From Leucoraja erinacea (taxonomy: Eukaryota): 64,000 bases of DNA. The notes under the pieces are model-generated. The model was not told the origin of the DNA. It saw nothing but the letters and a program-made list of their open reading frames with translations, and ran no database searches. Below are positions 23,549 to 36,585 of this stretch, piece by piece (position 1 is the stretch's first letter; each line of letters begins with the position of its first letter). The stretch spans positions 51,398,001 through 51,462,000 of the forward strand of contig NC_073384.1 of assembly GCF_028641065.1 (NCBI RefSeq). The letters are read 5' to 3'. A program made the translations under genes and the position numbers.

Positions 23549-24661
23549 CAGTGTTGCAACGTTAATTTTTTAGGTTCCGGAGCTGTCAAACAGGGAACGT
23601 CATTTCAGGTTTTGCTTTAGGGCGGAGGGGGGGTCAAACAAGATTATAGCCTATCACTACATCCCAGTATTTTACTAGTGCAATAAAACATATAATACTT
23701 AATTTAATAATATGACAAAATATTGCACGGTTGCACCTAATTGCCATGAAATATAATTATGAAGCAAGTAAAGAAGAAGACGGTAATCATGTATTTTTAC
23801 AGAGGTGCAGGCTCGGCACCAACTCGCCCTGACTCTCCCGCAGCTCTGGGCCCGCACGCACACACTCTCACTCACTCACTCACTCACTCCTGCAATGGAC
23901 CACAACTCTACTTCATTCGACACCAGATCCACACCCTCAACAAATGCTTCCTCGCCTATCTGGACTCTACCAAGGATCACAAGCTTGCCCACCTCCAGAC
24001 CGGTTCCTCCACTGACACTCCACAACGCGACCGCCCGCCCACAGGCCCAGAGCTCCACCGCTTGACCACAGCGCCGCCTGCACGACCACCACTTGGCCGA
24101 GATGGCCACCACGAGAAGCAGCAACAACATCCACCACCTCTCTCCGACCCTCACCGCCATCCCAGCCAAACCCAGGCCCGGACCACCAAAACTGCCGTGG
24201 CTACCGACTCTTACCGCCTCCCTGGGGCCACCGCGCTGTTGTCGCCAACTCACACCACTTCCCCGGGGCCACCGATGCTGCTGGCACCGACCTTCACTGT
24301 CTCCCCGGGGCCACCGATGCTGCTGGCACCAACCCGTTTCTCTACTCCTGCCCCCCATGGGCCTCCACCACCGACCCTCACCTCTCTACCGGCCATCAGC
24401 GGGCCGGAGGCGTCACCTGACCAGAATTCCAGACTCAGCACCAGGCCCACAACCTCCATGATGCAGATAGCACGTGGTCTGACTCTGCTGGGTCCTACAG
24501 GGAATCTCAGTAGCGGTGGGTCTTCCCTTTCCCACTCTTTCAACCAGGTTACCCCGACTACACACCCGCTATTTAAAATTCCCGCTGGTTTTTTTATTGG
24601 CTTTTTTTTACTGAGTTGCCGGAGCGATGCTCTGGTGAGCTCTGGCAGCACCGCACCCCTG
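23549..24661. mobile_element. Non-autonomous hAT element carrying GC-rich cargo
   Basis: Perfect 8-bp TSD ATTATAAA at 23541-23548 and 24662-24669; termini CAGTGTTGC and GCACCCCTG. Confidence 0.85.
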
Positions 24662-25238
24662 ATTATAAACAAGTTATTTTTCCTGTCTTTCTTCCCAGAT
24701 ATATTCTCCATGTACTTTGAATGATAGGGTAGGTGATTGCCCATTTATTGACAGAACACTTGCTGTATCCCCCTCCCCCCATGTTAAGCCTGTAGAAGGG
24801 AGACCAATTGTCATGCCTTCCAATCTTACATAGGTTAAATTATCATGGATCGAGCATTGAGTCCTGGACCCTCGATCCCATTGTGTGACACAAATTAGCT
24901 GTTTGATTTCACTTTTGTTCGATCTGCATCTTCTGATTGTTTTAACAATGGCAAATTTGTCTCCAACACAAGACAAAATCCTGACTCAGTATTTCAAAAT
25001 GTTAGGGCTGAAGCAGCAGAATACATTTAAATTAGCTTCTTTGTTGTGTGAACAGAATGTCATAAACTTTCAGTTTACTCATCTAAATATATTTAGTCAT
25101 CTCTTTTGTCGAATGCTATATTTGCATTTGTACTTGAAATCCAAAGAAGCTAAATCTCGGCAAAGGTTGTTGTATTTCTATTATAGGTCGAAATACACTC
25201 TCTATGTGTTCATTCCTGCAGGAAAAATGCATATTAAA

Positions 25239-25500
25239 GGTGGCACAGTGACGCAGTGGTTGAGCTGCTGTTTCACACCACCAGAGACCCATGTTTGATC
25301 CAGACTACGTGTGCTGTTTGAGCAAAGTTTGTACGTTCTCCCTGTGCCGCGTGGGTTTTCTCCGGGCGCTCCGGTTTCCTCCCTCACTGCAAAGACGTGC
25401 AGGTTTGTAGGTTAATTGGCTTCTGTAAATTGCCCCTAGTGTGTAGGATACAAAAGTGAGATAACAAAGAACTAGTGTGTGAGTGATCGATGTTTGGCAT
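25239..25500 (+). mobile_element. V-SINE (HE1-like), 3'-truncated
   Basis: GGTGGCACAGTGACGCAGTGG head and the V-domain GTGGGTTTTCTCCGGGCGCTCCGGTTTCCTCCC. Confidence 0.88.
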
Positions 25501-26537
25501 GATACTCCGATGTCTCAAAAGAAGTAGTGCTTTTAAAACAAGACATAGATATTGTCATGGCAATTTCTAACTTTTTCAATGTCCAATTTTCCGTTCCGTT
25601 CCGTTGCACTGGAAGATCCGTTCTTTTTGTCTGCGTAAGATCACGCCCACAAAGCCGTGTGCTTACAGGCTGGAATTCAAAACTACTGACTGGGAATTCA
25701 AAACAATAGATATCGTTGTGATTCTCAAGGTCACTTCTCAAATCTCCACAGTAACAGCCGTTTTCCAATACAGCTTCTCTTATAGTAGCTGTTCCAATAC
25801 AGCTTAATGCTGTACGTTCAGCTGTAGGTACCCACGCTCCCTGCGTGTTGGCTTTCGAAGTTTCCAATCTACGTTAGTCTGATAAGCGCCGGTAGCGACC
25901 TTGTCCAATTGACAGCGTCAGACAGATCCTTTGTTCCCGGTTTTCACAAGCTCCAGTTTCACTCACAGAGACAAGTTTTTATTTTAATGTAATGGCAATT
26001 TCTAACTTTTTCAATGTCCAACTTTCCGTTGCCATTATTACACAGGATGTGGGAGTGATTTTACGCAGACAAAAAGAACGGGTCTTGCAGTCGTTATTTC
26101 CAGCTTAATTGGTTCTTGTAGTTAATTGGTTAATTGAAGTAGTTGTACAGACAAAAATATGAACATACCAGAACCTCTTGATTCTTATACAAATTGTAGC
26201 TTTCTTACTATCTGCTAAGTAAGATCTGTGTACTCTCTCTCCCGTGCCTGGTCTGGTCTCCAACTATGATATATGTAACGCCCATCTATGTATCAAATGG
26301 CCACCCCCAAGCATTCAAAATAATACTGCTAGAAATATCTAGACACAATAATATGATATGCCAACAGTAGCTAGCCTAAACCTAAATGGCTTCTACAGAT
26401 ATAATAATTTGCTGCATTTTTTTCTAATCCGTTAGTGTTCTGCATCTTGCAATGTAAAATCTAATATGCAGGATTTAATGTCTTAAATTTACTTTATCAA
26501 TTATTTCCATCATCTGAATGGTCAGGGGCAGATTTAT

Positions 26538-26990
26538 CATTATCATCCTTTTATTGTCATCATGCAAAGCAACAGTGTACAGTGCAAAATGAGAAGACGT
26601 TTCTCAGGGAATACCGGAGCATCGCACATAAAAACTTAAACATTTCACGCATAAATAAAAACAATCCAGTTCCTGATAAAAACAGTACGAATAGTTTTTA
26701 AAAAGTGCAGGTAAAAAAAGCAACATTAAAATACAAGTAAAAAAAAACAGTCATAAAATGTCCAGGGCTGCTGATTTAAGTGGCCTGAGCCAGTGCCAGA
26801 GTTATTACTCAGTGCCAGTTATTAAATTGTCAGTGCAAAAGCAGCAGAATCAGGTGGAGTGACTGTTTAGCAGCCTCACAGCCTGTGGAAGGAAGCTGTT
26901 TAGCAGTCTGGTTGTCCGGGCTTTGATGCTGCGGTATCTCTTTCCTGATGACAGGAGATCTAGATGTGTGTGGAGTGGGTGCAATCTGTC
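26538..26990 (-). mobile_element. Rex1-like LINE 3' end
   Basis: TTTATTGTCAT tail and the GAAGGAAGCTGTTTAGCAGTCTGG..GCGGTATCTC motif of Rex1 RT C-termini. Confidence 0.65.
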
Positions 26991-27169
26991 CTTTGCTATA
27001 GGGTATGTTGCATGATTTGATTTCCATCTTGATGCTGTTTAGGCTCTCACTTCTTAATAAGTGACAATAATCATTAACTTCTTAATAAGTGACAATAATC
27101 ATTACCTAAAAGATGCTAAAAATACAGGAGATGCTGCCTGACCCGTTGAGTTACTCCAGCACTTAATGA

Positions 27170-28316
27170 TTACCTACTTTAATGAATTTCCCATCGTGCA
27201 TGATAGGCTGCACTGGAAGGTTGGATCTCATGGGATCCAAGGAGAGATGGATAGCAAATTGGCTCCATGGAAGGAAGCAGAGGGTGATGGTGGAAGGTTG
27301 CTTCTCAGAATAGCAGCCTATGACTAGTGGTGTACCACAGGGTTCGGTGCTGGGCCTGTTACTGTTTGTCATCTACATCAATGATTTGGATGAGAACATA
27401 CAGGGCAAGATTGCTGCTGATACAAAAGCTAGTGGTTTTACAGATAGTGTAGATGGTTGTGAATGATTGCAGCAGGATCTGGATCGATTGGCCAGGTGGG
27501 CGGAGGACTAGTTGATGGAATTTAATACAGAGAAGTGAGAGGTGTTACATTTTGCGATGCCGAACAAGGGCAGGACCTACACAGTAAATCTGGGTACTGT
27601 TGTAGAGCAGAGGGATCTAGGAGTACAAGTGCATGGTTCCATGTAGTCGCAGGTAGATAAGGTGGTCAAAAAGGCTTTAGGCACTTTGGCCTTCATCAGT
27701 CAGAGTATTGAGTATGGAAGGTGGGAGGTCATGTTGTAGTTGTATAAGACGTTGGTGAGACTGAATTTAGAATATTGTGTTCAGTTCTGGGCACCATGTT
27801 ATAGGAAAGATATTGTCAAGCTTGAAAGGGTTCAGAAAAGATTTATGAGGATGTTGCCAGGACTAGAGCGTGTGAGCTATAGGGAGAGGTTGAGTAGGCT
27901 GGGTCTCTATTCCATGGAGTGCAGGAGGATGAGGGGGGATCTTATAGAGGTATACAAAATCATGAGCGGAATAGATCGGGTAGATGCACATAGTCTTTTA
28001 CCCAGAGCAGGGGAATCGAGGACCAGAGGACATCGGTTCAAGGTGAAGGGGAAAAGATATAATAGGAATCCTAGGGGTAACTTTTTCACGTATGGAACAT
28101 GGTGGATGTATGGAACAAGGTGCCAGAGGAGGTAGTTGAGGCTGAGACTATCTCATCATTTAAGAAACAGTTGGACAGCTACATTGACAGGACAGGTTTG
28201 CAGGGTTATGGACCAAGTGGGACTAGGGTAGATGGACATTGTTGGCCGGTGTGGGGGAGTTAAGCCGAAGGGCCTGTTTCCACACTGTATTACTCTATGA
28301 CTATGACTCTATGACT
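27170..28316 (+). mobile_element. CR1 LINE 3' fragment (RT)
   Basis: SGVPQGSVLGLLLF and [27 protein letters not shown]; (ACTCTATG)n tail. Confidence 0.93.
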
Positions 28317-29654
28317 ACTCTCAATGTAAAAAGCTTTCTCTTAAATTCCATATTTAGATGTATTGGTGACTATCTTTCTTAATGGCCCAAGCTCTGGTCT
28401 TGTCAGAAATGATTATCCTTTGTTATATTCTTAAAATATCTCCGTTACATCACCCCTCAGCCTTCATTTGTATGGAGAGAAAAAAATATTTGTGTTCCAT
28501 ATCACACTTTTTTTTTACACCTTCCCCTGACTTCATTACCTTTTGACACCAAAATCAGAACTATTCATTGCATTGTAATTGTACTGTAATTGTAGCCTCA
28601 CCAAGGTTCTAATCAAATCTCCCTGATCTTCCTGTTCTACCATTCTATTCCCCTCTTGGGAAGATTGAAATATTTTTTATATCTGCCACTGGAGCCCTTG
28701 TTTCTCTACCGCACTTCAACCATAATTTTCTAATCTTCCTTATTCTTTCTGCCAAAATATATAACATAATGATCTGTATTGAAATGACTTTGCTATTTAC
28801 TTTTTACATGCCATTTTGCAAGTTTATTAATGCTGCCTTATATTTTGGTGCATATTTATCGGTATATAAATAAGCAATTTGGAAAAATCTATAAATCTTG
28901 AATTTATACTTCTGATTCCTGAACACAATCAATTTAGTAGCAGTAAACAGCTGCGGTCCAAGCATCAGTCATGAAATTCTCAAACCTCGTTTCTGTTTGT
29001 TGCCAGCTTGTTATCCTTTCTTTGTATTCCTGACAGTCATTAGCTTACTAATTGTATTGGTTTCCAGAAATCTACAACATGGAAACAGGCAACTTCGACC
29101 CAACTTGTTCATGCCAAAGAAGTTGCCTAACTGTGCCAATCCGATTTGTCAGCACCTGGATCATATCTCTTAAAACCTTTCCTAACAAGATACTTGCCTA
29201 AGTGTCTTTTAACTGTCATAGCCCACTTCTACCACTTCCCCTGGCACTTACTTCCATATACACACCACCTCTGTGTGGAAAAAGTTACCCCTCATACCCT
29301 TTCCCTTCTCGCCATAAACCTATGCACTCTTGTAGGTATTTAAAGAATTTGCTTCAGAAATTGGTTCCAATCTTCTTGTGTTTAGAAAGGAATTACTGAT
29401 ACTGCTATATATACCGATGATGGACACAAAGTGCTGGAGTAACTCAGCGGGTCAGGCAGCATTACCTGTATTTTCTGCATCTTTTAGGTAATGATTATTG
29501 TCTTTACAACCATTGATGTTAATATATATTATATATTTTCATCTTGTATATGTAACAATGCTTCTGGTAACTCTTCACTGACTTTTAAAATGTACGGGTG
29601 CAATAGATCCAGACCAGGAGTTTCTTCTCCCATTTCAGTTGGTTATCAACCAGA

Positions 29655-29925
29655 GATGCAGCTGCTGGAGCTACTGCCTCACTGAGCCAGGGACCCGGAT
29701 TCAATCCTGACCTCGGTTGCTGTTGTGTGGAGATCGCTTGGTCTCTCTGTGATTGGATTTTCTCCAGGTTCTCTGTTTTTTCCAAAGGATGTACAGGTTT
29801 GTAGGTTAATTGGCCACTGTAAATTGCCACTTGTTTGTTGGGAGTGAATTAAAAGTGGTATAATGTGGAACTAGTGTGAACAGATGGTCGGTGAAGACTG
29901 TTTCTAGACTGTACCTCTGAACTAA
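29655..29925 (+). mobile_element. Degraded V-SINE
   Basis: GAGCTACTGCCTCAC..GACCCGGATTCAATCC head and GGTTTGTAGGTTAATTGG core. Confidence 0.75.
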
Positions 29926-31489
29926 ATTCCCACTGCCCTTCTCCCAAATGATCACATCTCTTGTAACAACGATATCACGGATGATCGTTTGTCAGCTGTC
30001 ATCTTGCCTCAATCAGTAGATTTTCGGCTCAAATCTCATTCCGAACACATGAACCACAAAAGTGATGCTATAAAAAAAATCACACTTTTCGATCAGCCAT
30101 CGTTTGGAGGAAAGGCGAAGCCAAGGCACTGTTGCCCTCTTAAGGGAGCACTTGACATTGTGTTAAAGAAGAGCAGAAGTGTTATCCCGAATGTATTCCA
30201 GCCAATTTGTGTTGCTCAATCAACATTAAACAAACAGGTGGTCATGTCCTTTCACATTGCTATTTGTGGAAACTTGTAGTGTGCAGATTAGCTGCAGTGT
30301 TTCCTTTTATTTCACCAGTGACTACTTTGGCTGCAATGTTGTGAGATTACCCGAGGCCATGAAGATATAATATAAAGGGTTTTTTAACAGTCCATTCGTT
30401 TTGAATTAAATCTTGGCAACTCTGCCTGCTGCTTTGTTAAAATAGATCCGAAAGGAAATTCTAGCCCCGAGTTACAAATAGATTTCGCACAATTAACTCA
30501 GAAGATGTACTCCTATTTATAGTGACCTAAATTTTGAGAACTGTTCTTAAATATGTTGGAATGGAATTGAGTCGTTTACTGCACCATTGCAAATATTTGT
30601 ATTCTTAGATTAGCATAATATAAACATTGTGTTCAATAACAAAATCTAAAATTCATGTCTAACAAAAGTTAGTGAAAAATATCAATGGTTATCTTGGGTG
30701 GAGAAAATAAATGCAGATGGTCTTCAAGAGAAAAGTCATGCATTTGTAGAGAGCAAACAAGGCACTCTGCACAATGGGCACTATAATGCTCAGAAATGTA
30801 GAGAAAGTGGCCTTGGAAATGCACATACATAGCTGTCTAGACAGCTGTGCTGATGAGGAAGGCTGAAGGATATGAAGACACAAGAGACTGCAGATGCTGA
30901 ACCAAGTCACATCTTCCCTTCCATTCCTTTCTGCTTTCCACAGGGACCACTTTCTCTGTGACCCAAATTTTCTCATTCCTCCTCACCCATCCTCTTCTCC
31001 AGAATGCTGATGGTCCACCTCCTTCTACAAATGTAGCCTTACCTGCTGAGTTCCTCCAGACGATTGTTTGAGGCATAAGGAAAACTTTTTTGAAATATTA
31101 TAAGAACAGGTTGATTATTAATAAAAAAAGCCGAGTAATATGCTGGTTGGGCCTCAATTACAGTGCTTAGTACTCTCTTAATTTCCTCACCGTATGAGGG
31201 TTGCGACAGCATGAGAGAGGGTGTAAAAGAGATTTATCTGCATGCGTTCACGGATGAAGGAGTTTAAAATTTGGAATGCAATGCAAGAGTTGATTATATT
31301 GGAAAATAGAAGGATGTCTGACGTTGCATGAGGACTAAACAAGGGATGACTCTCAAAGCAGATAAGTACACAGGGTTGTGATCAGTATAAAGATTTTAGG
31401 ATGGAAACCAAGGATTTTTGTTCATAAAATGTATGTGTTGGGTTCAAGAAGTCACATGCAGTAACAAGGAGAACATGCAAACTCCATTC

Positions 31490-31900
31490 TGGAGGGGTTG
31501 AGTTATAAAGTGCAAGTGGATATATTTGGACTGTCTTTATTGGAGCAAAGGAGTCTGAGGGGCGATCTTAAAGAGGTTTATAAAATCATGAAGGGGGTAG
31601 ATAAGGTGAATGGTCACAATCTATTTCCCATGGTAGGGGAAGCTAGAAGGCATGGGTTTAAGAGGAGAGGGGAAAAATTGAAAAGGTACCTGAGGGACAC
31701 ATTTTTCACAGGGTTGTAGGTATATGGAAAATGCTGCCAGTGGAATTGGTAGAGCAGGTGCAACTACACTGTTTATAAGACCATGGACAGGAATGTTCTA
31801 GAGGGATATGGGGTGTGGGACAAGTTTGGGAATGTACCTAGGTGGATATACACGAGTAGGGACAAAGGGCCTGTTTCCATACTGTATTGCTCTGTTTCTA
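31490..31900 (+). mobile_element. Degraded CR1 3' fragment
   Basis: LRGDLKEVYKIMKGVDKV motif and GGGCCTGTTTCC 3' UTR. Confidence 0.8.
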
Positions 31901-33601
31901 TGACTTGAAGAAGTAATTTCAGATTGGAAATATTGATTGTGATCGTCCAAAATTTCCAAGATTTTCGAATAATCCAGGTGCATTTGAAGGTGCCAAATCT
32001 AACTCGAATTCAAAAAGAGAATGATAAAGAAAATAGGAAATCTCTAGAAATTTGGTCAGGCTTCAGCAGTTGGCTAAATACACTTTTAAGACATGATAAC
32101 AGGGCATTTAAAATACAAATATAATAAATGTGGTCTTTTGAAAAAAAAATTGCACTTGACAAATCAAACACTAGTTTTCTGCATGCAAATAGATAAATTA
32201 AATGAAACCCGCAAATGTAAAATATACGTATTTTCAAAGTTTGTTCAGCAACGTGTCACACTGGAGCCCTTATTTAGACTTACAAAAAAGAAGGGTTCAG
32301 GCCTGGGGAGTATATATTTTTAAATTATGTGGAGATTAGATAAAGAATGGAAAAGGTCCAGGAATGAATGGATCATGTTTGGGTTGGCAAGCTTTTACAA
32401 GTAGGGTGAAGTGTGCCTGGGGTTTTGCATATTATCCATTTCGATCGGCTTGGATTTAACTTTTTAATGATGGAAAATCTGTTGTCTTTCACCTTGGAAT
32501 GATTATCAAATTTTGGAATTTCTGAATAGATAGCTTAAAAAATGACAATATTGCACTCAGTGATTCAGCATTCCTCTTACAGGTTTTGCTGTTTTATGGA
32601 CTTTGCTTTAGTAATTGAGGAAAATGGGTGATCTGTTGAGAAGTATTTGTGTATTATTCTTACTATAAAATGTGAAAATATGCTTTTCATTTTCAGTTAT
32701 GAAAGAAATTAATGGCAAATTGTCACAATTATGATTTGCAAACACTCTGGTTGTGAGAAAAACCCTGATTTTGTTTTGTTTTTTTCTGTGTGGGCGGATC
32801 ATATTTCCCTTGGGCAAATAATTTTTAGTGGAATATTTTAAAATAATGTTTAGGATATTTCAGCTTCTGCTCTGGTGAAATGTATGTGTGCCAACCTGCA
32901 TTGGTGAACCGAAAAATATCTGATAGATTAGTACGAAATCATGCTGTTTGATAAATTAGTGTAATTCATCCAGTTTTTGTATTTCCCTATTGCCCCCCCA
33001 CCACAAGGGCTTGCTGTTTGCCAGAATTTCCAATGAAATAAGCTGGTCAGCCAACTCAAAATATCATGTGATTTAATGTTGGGGATCTTCCTAAAGTTAT
33101 GACTGAGCACAACAGACACGAGGAAAGGATTGCTCGGCACAGAGATGTAAGATCTTTCTTTACTCTGGAAGTCACATATAACACATTTCCTTTTACGCCC
33201 ATTTATTTTTGGCAAATCTGACAGTTATGAGGTTGCTTCTGTAGCTGTTGGATTTTAGCTTTCATAAATTTTAAACTGACTTTAATTTCCACAAATACTG
33301 AGGTTGGATCTGGATCCAAGGATTGGTTCCAAGGATTGCTAATTGAGGCATCCAAATTATAAACCCAAAATTATAATCGCTGCATATTCATAATTACTGA
33401 CATGTAAAATTTATCACTGTATCTAACTGAAATACTGGAACGTCTTCCCAAATAGTACTAGGTGGCTGAACACCAAATTCCTAAGGCCAGTTGGCTTGGG
33501 GAAAAGGCTGGTCTTGCCAGTCATCCACTTTTGATTCAAAATAAATGGTTTTATTATAGAGTTTGATTGCATGTTGTCGTCGTGAACATTGCAAGTTAAA
33601 A

Positions 33602-33830
33602 GGTAGACAAAAAATGTTGGAGTAACTCAACGGTTGAGGCAGCATCTATGAAGAGAAGGAATTGGCGAGGTTTCGGGTCAAGACCCATTTTCAGACCGTC
33701 TGAAGAATGATCTCGACCCAAAATGTCGCCAAATCCTTCTCTCCATAGATGCTGCCTCACTCGCTGAATTTTCCAGCATTTTATGTCTACCTTCGATTTT
33801 TGCAGCATCTGTAGTTCTTTCTTAAACATG
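33602..33830. mobile_element. Inverted pair of Penelope terminal-repeat units with hammerhead-like cores
   Basis: Palindromic arrangement centred at about 33697, CTGAAGA..GACCC(G)AAA cores, and an 11-bp TSD GCAAGTTAAAA. Confidence 0.75.
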
Positions 33831-35309
33831 GCAAGTTAAAATACTGGTTTGGAGATTATTTCAGAGATGTCGGCTAAATGGCTCTGAAACCCAGGTTTAT
33901 AGTTGTTTGGTGCACTCTTCCTTGTTCCTCCCAATTTGTGCTCGGACATCATCACAGGTACCTGGGGTCGTCATCCGTATAGTAATTTTTTTTCTGATGA
34001 CATGCACTTTGTCAATAAGTAATTAACGGCTAGACTCAAACAGAATTTCCCTGAAATGATTGGTGCAGGGCTTCTAATGGAATTAGTGCAAGGTGTTTGA
34101 AGTGAGAAGCTTGAGAACATTACCGTAAAAATCAGTCCAGTCAACATCGTGTCTTAATATAGGAGAAAATGTGCCATCCAAGATCAAACAGAACATCCTT
34201 ACCATTTCTTCTGAAGTAAACATTAGATTCAAATTATTCAATAAATGGCCTAATGCCTGTTTCAAGTTGGTATCCTTTTCCAAAATGCTTTGACCTTAGA
34301 CAGGTAGCAGCATTGTAATCTCTGGTTCTGACCCCAGCAATCCCTGATAGCCCTTCATCTCCAACACCATATTTGTACACATAGCTTGATGCTGGCACAC
34401 TAATTCCTATTTCCTGGGTCTATTACTTTCTGCAGTTAACTCAGTCCCTGGCATCAACCAATGCCATCTCCATCATGGACCTGCAATGTTGGTCCTGACC
34501 CTCAACATATGAGACTTCATGCCTCTGGTTCAGTGGTGCCACACTTCACGATGAAGAGGGGTCTCGATCCGAAACATCACCTAATCCTTTTTTCCAGAGA
34601 TGCTGCCTGACCTACTGAATTACTCCAGCATTTTGTGTCCATCCCCAGCCTTGGTCCCCAGGTTCATTTTTAAGAAAAAGTAATGATCTGATTTTAACAG
34701 TGGCTTTGCTGATGTGGTCTGTGTACTGTCTGAGCCCACCAACACTCCAACACTTTTATAATGAGATCTGAGGTCAAATGTCTGTGGCACAGTGAGCTTT
34801 GTTCATTTGTTTGTGTTCAGAACCACACACCCGAATTCCTAGGTCATTAAGGTGAGTTGAGTACTCTTATTTGCAGGTAGCAGATTAAACTCGGCCTTTT
34901 TATGGTTCAAAGATGTTTGGAGTATTTATTTTTTAATGAAGGTAATGCTTATAGATTTGTGCTTGTTTATTACACTCCATGCTAATTTTATATAGTGTAC
35001 TGCTGACTTTTGTTAATAATTATATGAAAGCTTTTTTTTACTTTGCAAAGTGCTCTATAAGCAGTGAAATTTTCCTGATAGTCAGAGTTATCATCATCCT
35101 TTTCTATTTCTTGGACAGTGTCTTGGAGTTAATGGTAACTTGCTTCCTCTTCAATGTTGTGGGTCTTGAGGCCATTTGTGATCTTCTATGGGATATGTTG
35201 ACTCTGCCATTTGTGGGACAAGAGATGCTACACAGGGGTAGTTCGAGGTTGGCAAAGTCCTTTGGCTGTTTATGGTGGGTTATGCATGATCGTGACGTGA
35301 CAAGCTCAG

Positions 35310-35785
35310 ATAGACACAAAATGCTGGAGTAACACGGGCAGCATCTCTGGAGAGGTGGAATGGGTGATGTTTTGGGTCGACACCATTCTTCAGGCTGATG
35401 TCAGGGGAGTGGGCAGGACAGAGATAGTCAGGAGCAGTAAGACCGATGGGAGAACTGGGAAGGGGGAGGGGATGGAGAGAGAGGGAAAGCAAGGGCTATT
35501 TGAAGTTAGAGAAGTCAATGTTCATACCGCTGGGGTGTAAGCTACCCAAGCAAAATATGAGGTGCTGTTCATCTAATTTGCGCTGGGCCTCACTCTGACA
35601 ATGGAGGAGACCCAGGACAGAAAGGTCAGATTGGGAATGGGAGGGGGAGTTAAAGTGCTGAGCAACCGGGAGATCAGGTAGGTTAAAGTGGACTGAGCGG
35701 AGGTGTTCAGCGAAACAATCTCCGAGCCTGCGCTTGGTCTCGCCGATGTACAGAAGTTGACACCTGGAACGGCGAATACATATAT
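35310..35785 (-). mobile_element. Penelope-like element 3' end (GIY-YIG endonuclease and terminal repeat)
   Basis: IYICIRRSRCQLLYIGETKRRLGD.FAEHL..PVAQHFNS..EQHLIF.LGSLHPSGMN. Confidence 0.92.
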
Positions 35786-35789
35786 ATAT

Positions 35790-36585
35790 ATGTTCGTTAA
35801 TGGTGTTCAGCAGGAGAGAGAGCGCCTTGTTTACATTGGCGCCAGGTGGAATATACACAGCCGTGACAATCACTACTGTTAGTTCTCTCGGTAGAAAAAA
35901 AGGCCGGCATCTTACAGACATGTACTCGAGGTCAGGGGAACAATGTTTGTCTATGATTATCCCGTTGTTGCACCAATTCTCATGCACGTATATACAGAGG
36001 CCCCCTCCCCTGCTCTTACCAGAGTCCATAGTCCTGTCCCCGCGGAGCAGAAAGTGTCCTGCTAGCTGCATGCTAGCATCAGGTATCCCCGGGTGAAGCC
36101 AGGTTTCGGTGATGATCATAACACAGCAGTCGCGGACATATCGATTTCCAGCGAGTTGTACTTCCAGGTCATCCATTTTGTGAACCAGGGATCTGGCGTT
36201 GGAGAGATACAGGCTCGGTAGAGGTGGCTTGTGTGGTCGATTTCTTAGCCTTAGCAAAGCACCGGACCTGCGGCCTCGCTTCTGCTTCCTCTCCCTCCTC
36301 CGTCTGCGCCGCCTCCTAGACCCGACAACAATCCACGGGGACCCCGGTGGTCTTGCTATGTCGTCCGGGATGTTATACTTGCGATGGAAGACACCCGAAA
36401 ACCGCAGTCTGGCACTGGTCACCGATATCACCGATATCCACGAGGTTCTGTCGGGTGTAGCGGATGTTCGCAGAACCGACAGCAAAGACGTACACGGACA
36501 ACACAACGTACACAAACAACAAAAAAGAACACCAAGACAGAGAGCCGTGAGCCGCTGCGACCTTGCGCGCCGCCATCTTGGAACT
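35790..36585 (-). mobile_element. Rex1-like LINE 5' portion (5' end and APE endonuclease); 3' part missing
   Basis: CCAAGATGGCGGCG start, then LSNARSLVHKMDDL, ITETWL, SGKSRGGGLCIYV and AVYIPP endonuclease motifs. Confidence 0.88.

Noticed and set aside
25239-25320. tRNA gene
   Set aside because: It is the tRNA-derived head of a SINE and continues into the V-domain.
34203-34210. 8-nt minus-strand microexon (CAG|AAGAAATG|GTAAGG)
   Set aside because: The splice signals are plausible, but it is frame-shifting and unsupported by any neighbouring exon.
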